DNA from: a virus
Taxonomy: Duplodnaviria; Caudoviricetes
Direction: 5' to 3' (one strand)
DNA length: 64,000 nucleotides
Virus record (IMG/VR): IMGVR_UViG_2923649072_000003
Span: 21,280 to 85,279 of that record
Shown here: positions 57,736 through 64,000 of the stretch, in pieces
How the letters are laid out: the number at the start of each line of letters is the position of its first letter
How positions within the stretch are numbered: the first letter of the stretch is position 1
Program-made: the position numbers and the translations under genes
Notes under the pieces: generated by a model
Databases searched by the model: none
The model's input: the letters and a program-made list of their open reading frames with translations, nothing else
Told to the model about the DNA's origin: nothing

Positions 57736-58013
57736 TAGAGGATGTGCGTACCGGCGTCGGGGTCGTCGGTGGGCTCGGCGACGGTGACTTCGGGCACGAG
57801 CGATGCAGTGCCGTTGGATGCGGCTCCGGCGGACGCGACGGACGTGAGGAGCGACAGGACGGCACCACCGAGGCCGAAGCCGAGAGCGTCGACCCAGGGC
57901 ACGGACCAGACGTCGATGGCGCCGGCTCCGAGCGCGAGGATGGTCGACTGGGCGGCGGTCTTGGCGGATCGCTCGGCGGCGTCTCGCCAGAAGGTGCGGG
58001 TGAAGGTGGCCAC
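57735..58013 (-). CDS. r1t-type holin
   Basis: FTRTFWRDAAERSAKTAAQ...VLSLLTSVAS. Confidence 0.88.
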   Translation of the reverse strand: MATFTRTFWRDAAERSAKTAAQSTILALGAGAIDVWSVPWVDALGFGLGGAVLSLLTSVASAGAASNGTASLVPEVTVAEPTDDPDAGTHIL

Positions 58014-58026
58014 GATGTTCTCCTGG

Positions 58027-58593
58027 CTAGTCGGCGGGTGGCCGCTGTCGTGGCGGCCTGCGTGCTGGCGGCTCGTGCATTTCGAGGCCCGCCTTGGCGA
58101 TGAGCGCCCATGCGGCCTGGGCCCACGTACGGAGCTCGGTGAGTTCGGAGCGGGTGTCGGCGAGCTGGTCGGTGAGTTCGGTTTCGCGTTGCTGGGATCG
58201 TTCGCGGTCTGCTTCGAGGCGGTCGATCCTGAGCGCGAGCGAGTCGATCTGCCGGCGGGCTTCTTCGAGGGAGTGGTCTTGGCGCCCGAGTTGCTGCGCC
58301 TGCCGGTCGATCTGTTGTTCTTGCCGCTCGATCTGCGCCCTGTACGGCTCGATGAGCGACAGCGCGGATCCGGTGAGCGTTGCCGCCGCGTTGGCCCAGG
58401 CGCCGTCTCCGCTGGCTTGGGAGGCGCGGGCGTCGGCGGCGGTTTTACGGCGGGAGAACCAGGCGCCGAGGATGGTGGCGAGGACGCCAGTGGCTCCGGC
58501 AGCAACGAGGAGTCGGATGATCAGGTCTGAGAGGCTGCCGGTTTCGGCGGGCGGAGCGTCTGCGGCGAGGTAGGCAAGATCCGACAGGTGCAT
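58027..58593 (-). CDS. Single-TM coiled-coil lysis-cassette protein
   Basis: TM followed by a long coiled coil. Confidence 0.7.
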   Translation of the reverse strand: MHLSDLAYLAADAPPAETGSLSDLIIRLLVAAGATGVLATILGAWFSRRKTAADARASQASGDGAWANAAATLTGSALSLIEPYRAQIERQEQQIDRQAQQLGRQDHSLEEARRQIDSLALRIDRLEADRERSQQRETELTDQLADTRSELTELRTWAQAAWALIAKAGLEMHEPPARRPPRQRPPAD

Positions 58594-59039
58594 CAGGTCC
58601 CGCTTTCGCCAGAGCCCCCAAAGTGCCGGCGTGCGGCCCTCAGCTTCCGTGTGACTTGCACGAGCCGCGTCATTGCGGCTCCTGCGATTCCCCCATGGAG
58701 GATCGCGGTGGGTACGCCGCGCCTGCCGAGTTCGAAGGCCGCGAGGGCGTAGATGGCGCCGCCGAAGAAGAGCGCGACGAGCCCGACGCGTTTGATCTCG
58801 ACGCCAGTGAACGGGTTGCGCCACATGAGCCCGGCGAATGCGACTGCACCGCCGAGCGCGTAGAGCGTCGCCCAGATGCACGCCAGAGTCGGGGATAGGC
58901 TCTGCCGGATGCTCGAGGACGATCCGAGGCCGGTGAGGATGCTGATGCCGAGCGCTGACGTGGACAGCAGGACGGTCGCCTCGAAAGCGTTGACGGGGCC
59001 TGCGGGTCGCGGCGCGAGGGTCTTCGCGAACCGTCTCAC
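58593..59039 (-). CDS. Four-TM membrane protein (holin-like)
   Basis: Four hydrophobic helices; coupled. Confidence 0.7.
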   Translation of the reverse strand: MRRFAKTLAPRPAGPVNAFEATVLLSTSALGISILTGLGSSSSIRQSLSPTLACIWATLYALGGAVAFAGLMWRNPFTGVEIKRVGLVALFFGGAIYALAAFELGRRGVPTAILHGGIAGAAMTRLVQVTRKLRAARRHFGGSGESGT

Positions 59040-59440
59040 TGGGGGAGCCTGCGCAGGCCTACCGCGAGGACGATGCAGGAGCCGGCGAGCATCCCGTACG
59101 CGAATGGTCCGGTGGCTGCGGCGGTAGGGATCTGCATAGCCGCCTGGGCCAGGGAGAGCGCGAAGAACATGAACCAGACGCCCTCCGCGAAGAGGGTCGC
59201 ACTCAGGGTCCGGTAGTGCGCCTTGCCGAATGTCGCCCACAGCACGATGAGCCCGAGGACGACGAGAGCGCCGCCCCACGTGTCCTGCTCTCCGGGCAGC
59301 GCGCGGGCTGTGTTGAAGCTAGGCCCGCCGAACCGTTCCTTGCCGCCGAGGACGAGTCCCGCCCCGAGCAGGAGGCCGCCAAGTCCGAGGACGCCGGCGA
59401 CTCCCTGCACGATCCAGCCGAGGGCGAGACGCTGGGGCAT
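59036..59440 (-). CDS. Four-TM membrane protein (holin-like)
   Basis: Four hydrophobic helices directly after the endolysin. Confidence 0.7.
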   Translation of the reverse strand: MPQRLALGWIVQGVAGVLGLGGLLLGAGLVLGGKERFGGPSFNTARALPGEQDTWGGALVVLGLIVLWATFGKAHYRTLSATLFAEGVWFMFFALSLAQAAMQIPTAAATGPFAYGMLAGSCIVLAVGLRRLPQ

Positions 59441-59442
59441 GG

Positions 59443-60213
59443 CTACTGCTTGGCGCCGGGCGGGTTACCCGTGGCCTTGGCGAGCGCGGCTTTGATGTCG
59501 TTGATGCCAGCGGTGACGAGCTTGTGCCGTGCGCCGTCGTTCTGGATCTGCTGGTCCTGGTTGAGCTCGACGTTCGACAGCGCACCGACGATGGTCATGT
59601 CGCGCGCGGGGGCGTCGTCATCGTTGACCTTCTGGTTGGGCACCATCCGGTCGGTGAGGAGCATGTCGCGGATGCCGGCCAGGACGAGCTTGGCGGACTG
59701 CTCAGCGATGGCCTTGCGGTCTTCGGGGGTCACGTCGTCCTCCTGGGTGAGTCGCCGGATCTTGTCTGCCGCCTGACGGACGGAACGCTCGCCAGCGACG
59801 ACCTCGAAGTGCATGTCGTCGACGACGGTGGAGAAGTCGCCGCCCCAGCGGATGACTCGGTCGCCTCGGTCGTCGGTGATGTCGGCGAGGATTCGGCGGA
59901 GCGCGCGGACCTGCTTGGCGGTGAAGGTGCCTCGCTTGCCTCGGACGTGCCTGAGGGCGTTGAGGTCCCAGGCGGTCGCGCTCGCATGGCAGGAGATTGA
60001 GGTGGTCGAGCCGCGGACGTTGCGGACGGCGTAGGACCAGTCGTCGAGGACGGGGCCGTGAACCTTCTCGACCTCGCGATCGAAGCGGGTGATGAGGTAT
60101 TCGCCGATGACGGCGACGTCCCGGTTGGCTGCGGCGAAGGACCCGCCGGCTGCCGTGAACCAGATGAGCTGGCCGCGGTCTCGGACGGTCCATCCGTTGT
60201 AGGACGTCGCCAT
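59443..60213 (-). CDS. Endolysin, M15-family peptidase
   Basis: SYNGW, WSYAVR, SCHASATAWDLN, RWGGDF, DDMHFE. Confidence 0.9.
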   Translation of the reverse strand: MATSYNGWTVRDRGQLIWFTAAGGSFAAANRDVAVIGEYLITRFDREVEKVHGPVLDDWSYAVRNVRGSTTSISCHASATAWDLNALRHVRGKRGTFTAKQVRALRRILADITDDRGDRVIRWGGDFSTVVDDMHFEVVAGERSVRQAADKIRRLTQEDDVTPEDRKAIAEQSAKLVLAGIRDMLLTDRMVPNQKVNDDDAPARDMTIVGALSNVELNQDQQIQNDGARHKLVTAGINDIKAALAKATGNPPGAKQ

Positions 60214-60240
60214 TTTGGCCCTCCTACGTGTTGGGCATGG

Positions 60241-60316
60241 GGGGCCGGGACAGGATTCGAACCTGCGACCTTCGGCTTATGGGGCGGACGAGCTGACCTA
60301 GCTGCTCTACCCGGAC
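60241..60316 (-). tRNA. Degenerate tRNA-Met(CAT)-like element
   Basis: GAGC/GCTC D-arm, GCAGG-TTCGAAT-CCTGT T-arm, loop CCCATAA; mismatches in acceptor and anticodon stems, C at position 33. Confidence 0.7.
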
Positions 60317-60320
60317 ATGA

Positions 60321-60359
60321 CGGAACCCCCTCGCCACGGGGGTTAACGAGGGGGTTCCG
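60321..60359 (-). terminator. Hairpin in the late-operon leader
   Basis: 13-bp inverted repeat CGGAACCCCCTCG. Confidence 0.6.
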
Positions 60360-60409
60360 AGTTTGATTGCTCGCGGGGGGTGTTCACCTACACGAGTCGC
60401 ATGTTGAAG

Positions 60410-60441
60410 GTGACAGTACACACTCCGTTGCCACCTGTCAC
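60410..60441 (-). promoter_or_regulatory. Putative late promoter
   Basis: GTGACA-17bp-TACTGT with extended TGTG; GTGACAG dyad overlaps both boxes. Confidence 0.55.
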
Positions 60442-60450
60442 GTCGTCCGG

Positions 60451-60675
60451 TCAGCTGGCGACGCGTTCGGGCTGACGTTCACTCGTCCAGCGGCCTTTGC
60501 GCTTCCCTAGGCGGCTTTCGCGTTCAGCCACGAGCAGGTGTTCCTCCTGGACGTACCGCATCCCGGTGATGGGTTCGAACGTTGCCACGAGCATCTCCTG
60601 CCGAATCCACCGCCGGATCGTCTCGGGCGTGCGATGGACCCGCTGAGCGGCCTGGTCGATCGTGTAGCAGATCAT
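60451..60675 (-). CDS. Small HTH protein (MerR/Xis-like; possible late regulator)
   Basis: YTIDQAAQRVHRTPETIRRWIR. Confidence 0.75.
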   Translation of the reverse strand: MICYTIDQAAQRVHRTPETIRRWIRQEMLVATFEPITGMRYVQEEHLLVAERESRLGKRKGRWTSERQPERVAS

Positions 60676-61490
60676 GCGGGCACCTCGTCTTCTTCGCGTT
60701 CGGCCATCTCTTCGAGGACTCTCCGCGCGTGCCAGGCGTAGAGGTCTTCGGCGATGGTTTCCTTGCATGTGCGGCACGAGATGACAGCCCGTCCCATGAA
60801 TGCCTGCGGTGCAGTGCGTACGAGCGAGAGCATGTCGCAGGCCGGGCACGGGGTCGGCAGATAGAGCGGGCGTTCCTCGTCGGGGTACCGCTTGAGTGCG
60901 GCGCGTACGACGTCGCAGAGTTCGGTGACCATCTCGCCGGACCACTCATAGATGCACGCCCGGTCGAGGTGCGTCGAGATCCTGCCGGCCATCGTCGCGG
61001 CGGAGTGGGCATGCTGGGTCGAGATGCCCTGCAGGCGTTTCCCGGCGACGTACGCGGTCGGCATGTAGGGCGACAGGTCGAGCTCGTCGGTGACGGTCTC
61101 GTGCCAGTCGGCGAGCGACGCGTACAGGCGGTCCGCGGTGTCGACTGCGTCAAGGTTGAGCGGTGCCGGAGAGTGCTTGCCCGCAGCCCGCGGCATGTCG
61201 TCTCGTCGGACTGCCCCTGGTTCGACGCATGCCCGGAGCCACTCGATCAGGTCGGGGATCTTCCCGACGGCCTCGGTGAGCCGGCCGTGGCAGTGGATGC
61301 AGAGCTGCCCGACGTGAGCGAGACGCGGCGAGCAGCCTGTGCATTCATCGTCGTGCTGGTGCTGCTCGTAGCAGCCGCCCTCAACTGAGCATGCGTACAC
61401 GCCGTCAGCGCCCTGGTGACAGTCGCACGAGCAGGTGCGCTGCAGGTGCCGGCGGGGGACGACGCAGCCGCGGATGCAGTGGAGGCTCAA
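60672..61490 (-). CDS. Zinc-ribbon actinophage protein
   Basis: LCIHC, SPAPLNLDAVD, PCPAC...CRTC. Confidence 0.7.
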   Translation of the reverse strand: MSLHCIRGCVVPRRHLQRTCSCDCHQGADGVYACSVEGGCYEQHQHDDECTGCSPRLAHVGQLCIHCHGRLTEAVGKIPDLIEWLRACVEPGAVRRDDMPRAAGKHSPAPLNLDAVDTADRLYASLADWHETVTDELDLSPYMPTAYVAGKRLQGISTQHAHSAATMAGRISTHLDRACIYEWSGEMVTELCDVVRAALKRYPDEERPLYLPTPCPACDMLSLVRTAPQAFMGRAVISCRTCKETIAEDLYAWHARRVLEEMAEREEDEVPA

Positions 61491-61756
61491 GCGAGGACCG
61501 CCGGGTGGTCAACGCGCCCGAGGAATTCGAGGCATTGGCAGGCGCCGTGTCCATCGTCTCCCCCGACGGGCGTCCAAGACGGACAGACGGACGTGACCTC
61601 GGCGTGGTGGCCGCAGGGGTCGTTCTCGAAACCCTCTTCACAACCGCAACGTTCGGGGTCGTGGAAGCCTCGTGCTCGTCGCCCGCACTGGTCGCAGGCC
61701 AGGAACGGGTCGCCGAAGACCACGGTGACGTGGGTCCGGGTGTGCGTCGCGCTCAT
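61487..61756 (-). CDS. Cys-rich hypothetical protein
   Basis: AGGAG RBS; CDQC, NDPCGH, CPSW. Confidence 0.6.
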   Translation of the reverse strand: MSATHTRTHVTVVFGDPFLACDQCGRRARGFHDPERCGCEEGFENDPCGHHAEVTSVCPSWTPVGGDDGHGACQCLEFLGRVDHPAVLA

Positions 61757-61926
61757 CGCTTCTCCTGCTCGTTCTCCTGGCCGAGTTTCCTTGTGGCCGC
61801 TTTCTCCCACGCCCGCACTGGTCCGGATCGACGATCACGGTCAGCGCAGTGACGCCGGCATCCGCATCCGGGCCAGCGTGACCGACCGATCATCCGGGCC
61901 GTGGGGCCGAGATCCTTTGTCTTCAC
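61753..61926 (-). CDS. Small hypothetical protein (not in the ORF track)
   Basis: GTGA/ATGA overlaps at both ends. Confidence 0.45.
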   Translation of the reverse strand: MKTKDLGPTARMIGRSRWPGCGCRRHCADRDRRSGPVRAWEKAATRKLGQENEQEKR

Positions 61927-62279
61927 TGGCCCTCCGGTGCAGGCAACATGGGATGACGGGCGAACGCATCGGTGAGCATCGCCTTCAGTTCCGTTTCGTG
62001 CGCCTTCTGGCGACGAGCTCCTCGCAGTTCGCGGAGTCTCTGCTCTTGGCCCTCGATGCGCCTCACCCGCTGGATCCGCTTGTAGGCCCGGGACTGTGCG
62101 CGGGTCATGGGAATGGGTGGCCGGCGACTGATGCGGACGGGTACTGGCGTGGCCCAGAGAATGCCCGGGTCGCTGCGGAAGACGTCGCCCCAGTGGATTT
62201 CGCCAGCGAGTGACTGAGGGATGACCGAGCGCAGGGGGAAGCGTTCTTGTCGGGCCAGGCGGCGCTTTAGGGTGGTCAA
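61923..62279 (-). CDS. Basic hypothetical protein
   Basis: GAGG RBS; coupled to the next gene. Confidence 0.5.
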   Translation of the reverse strand: MTTLKRRLARQERFPLRSVIPQSLAGEIHWGDVFRSDPGILWATPVPVRISRRPPIPMTRAQSRAYKRIQRVRRIEGQEQRLRELRGARRQKAHETELKAMLTDAFARHPMLPAPEGQ

Positions 62280-62420
62280 GGCGGTCAGCCGACCTCTCTA
62301 TGACTCGCCCACGCCAGCAGGTCTGACATCAGCTTCGGCGCAGCGAGGTACGGCATGCGGGCTCCCTGGGTGTGCACTGACGAGTGTCGGCAGTCTATGG
62401 CAGTCAAAAGGGCTTCTGTG

Positions 62421-62642
62421 TTAGCCCGCCTTGCGCAGGGTCTGACTGGCCTGCCTTCGCCCTAGTGCGACCTCGAAAGCGATGACCTCGTCGGGGTGCC
62501 AGTACCGGTAGCGGCCGATGAGGAATCCCGGGTGGACCTGGCCGGCGCGGATCCGGTCGCGCACGGTCTCTTCCTTCCGGACGGCATACCTCTCGCAGAG
62601 GTCGGTGATGTCCCAGAGTCCCTTGGGCTTCGGTCTGGCCAT
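62421..62642 (-). CDS. xis: Excisionase (AlpA/Xis-like HTH)
   Basis: LWDITDLCERY..RKEETVRDRIRAG...GRYRYWHPDEV; divergent from the integrase. Confidence 0.75.
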   Translation of the reverse strand: MARPKPKGLWDITDLCERYAVRKEETVRDRIRAGQVHPGFLIGRYRYWHPDEVIAFEVALGRRQASQTLRKAG

Positions 62643-62679
62643 GTCTCACACCCGTCTTTCGCTCGTTTGGGCTCCTGTC

Positions 62680-62708
62680 GGGACGGTACGGGCTACCGTT
62701 GGGACGGT
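62680..62708. promoter_or_regulatory. Repeats in the int/xis divergent promoter
   Basis: GGGACGGT at 62680 and 62701; ACGGTA/TACCGT dyad. Confidence 0.4.
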
Positions 62709-62737
62709 CAACTGCGCCGACGCGTGAGGGGTGTGTC

Positions 62738-64000
62738 ATGGGATCGGTCGAGACGCTGTACGACGGCAAGGGCAAGGTGCGCGGCTACCTGGCGCGCTGG
62801 CGTGACGAGGATGACCAGGGGAGAAAGAAGACGTTCCTGCTCAAGGACGGCCTCAGAAAGAAGGACGCCGAGAAACACGCCGAGGACGAGGAGCGCAAGA
62901 AGCGCATCCCTGAACCGCCGCCGACGCCAGAAGACCTGTGGGACAGGACGGTCACCGTCGCCGAGCTCGCGGGTGAGAGCATCACGCTGCGCGTCCCGCA
63001 GCTAGCCGAGAACACGATCTTGTGTATGCGCAGCAGGTGGCGCAATCACATCGTGCCGACACAGCTCGGACGCACGCCAGCCTTCGACGTCCAATGGACC
63101 CAGGTGCAAACCTGGGCCAACGAGATGCGTGAGGGGAACTCGAAGGGCGCCGTAGAGGCGTGCCTTGGGTTGATCCGCCGCGGTATGGAAATCGCAGTGC
63201 GGGACAAGCGGATCCCGTCATCGCCCGCAGCGCACAGGATCTATATCGCAGGCGACGAGCCTCCCGAAGATGATCAGGCAGACGCGATCGTGGTGCTGGA
63301 AGTGCCTGAGGTGGCGTGCATCCTGGCGCACCTCGAAGGCGTGATGCGGCTGATTGCCACGATCCAGGCGCACACCGGAGCGCGAGTACACGAGGTCCTA
63401 GGCCTGCTGAAGTCGGACATCGATTTGAAGCAGCGCGCGATCCGGTTCCGCAAGCAGGCGAAGAGCCGAACGCCGGGCGCCAGGGCCAAGCTCAAGACCG
63501 GGGCGTCGCGACGAGACGTCGTCATCGGCGCGGTTCTCGCCGGAGAGCTTGAGTCCTGGCTTGCTGACCATCCTGGAGACGGCTGGCTCTGCCTTCTGGA
63601 CGGCGAGGCCGTGAAGTACGACCAGTACAAGCCGGCACTGGAGAAGGCCGCCAGGGATGCCGCTCTGGAGATGGAGGCAGCCCAGCGAGAGCGGGTCGCG
63701 CGCGGGGAGGAAGACTCGGGCTGGGAGTTGTCGAGGCTCGCGCGGCTCGACGAGCTGGGCGAGATCCGGAGCCATGCTTTCCGGCACCACCATGCGTCCG
63801 TCCTGATCGGCATGAATGTGCCGCTTCTCGCGATCGCTCGGCGCCTGGGGCACTCGACGATCGGTCAGATCGAGAAGACGTACGGGCATCTGATGAAGGT
63901 CGTGGACGAAGCGGTGCGGGATGCCGTGGACGGGGCTTGGAGGGGACACGTGGCGCAGCGTGCCCTGTCCGTGCCCTCAGCGCTGCCGCAAGTGCCCTGA
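62738..64000 (+). CDS. int: Tyrosine integrase
   Basis: Arm-binding YLARWRDEDDQG; catalytic TGAR, KT, HAFRH, LGH, TYGH. Confidence 0.95.
   Translation: MGSVETLYDGKGKVRGYLARWRDEDDQGRKKTFLLKDGLRKKDAEKHAEDEERKKRIPEPPPTPEDLWDRTVTVAELAGESITLRVPQLAENTILCMRSRWRNHIVPTQLGRTPAFDVQWTQVQTWANEMREGNSKGAVEACLGLIRRGMEIAVRDKRIPSSPAAHRIYIAGDEPPEDDQADAIVVLEVPEVACILAHLEGVMRLIATIQAHTGARVHEVLGLLKSDIDLKQRAIRFRKQAKSRTPGARAKLKTGASRRDVVIGAVLAGELESWLADHPGDGWLCLLDGEAVKYDQYKPALEKAARDAALEMEAAQRERVARGEEDSGWELSRLARLDELGEIRSHAFRHHHASVLIGMNVPLLAIARRLGHSTIGQIEKTYGHLMKVVDEAVRDAVDGAWRGHVAQRALSVPSALPQVP

Larger units (their letters stand above)
1..64000. mobile_element. Integrative element(s): temperate contractile-tailed prophage plus conjugation module; left boundary outside the window, att probably just right of the integrase
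   Basis: Integrase at the right end, complete virion operon, MPF/coupling genes, no host core genes. Confidence 0.8.

Noticed and set aside
60241-60316. tRNA-like sequence as the attachment site
   Set aside because: Full-length, internal to the late transcript and about 2.4 kb from int; no duplicate copy seen in the window
63998-64000. Window ends exactly at the integrase stop codon
   Set aside because: Reflects where the window was cut; att cannot be assessed

Overview
High-GC actinobacterial mobile DNA with no host housekeeping genes. The right half (29.7-64 kb) is an apparently complete temperate phage module with a contractile tail: tyrosine integrase and excisionase, a degenerate tRNA-Met-like element, a multi-membrane-protein lysis cassette, HNH/TerS/TerL, portal, scaffold, a minimal Prp-like protease, capsid, sheath/tube, tape measure, baseplate, collagen fibre and three SGNH esterases. 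The left half (2.3-17.2 kb) is a Gram-positive conjugation module: VirB2/3/4/6/8-like proteins, a wall hydrolase, an FtsK-type coupling ATPase with an N-terminal HNH-like domain, an SpdB2-like protein and a thioester-type adhesin. It is flanked by phage-style small-gene operons. I see no second integrase, att site, relaxase or replication gene between or within the modules, so the best reading is one phage-conjugative-element hybrid that continues left of the window; two abutting elements cannot be excluded. Non-coding signals include a shared operator motif at the transfer promoters, oppositely oriented CGGACA arrays around a candidate transfer origin, a duplicated structured leader upstream of two secreted-protein genes, and a shared Prp-type cleavage motif in scaffold and capsid. 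All product calls come from motif recognition by eye; no database search was run.
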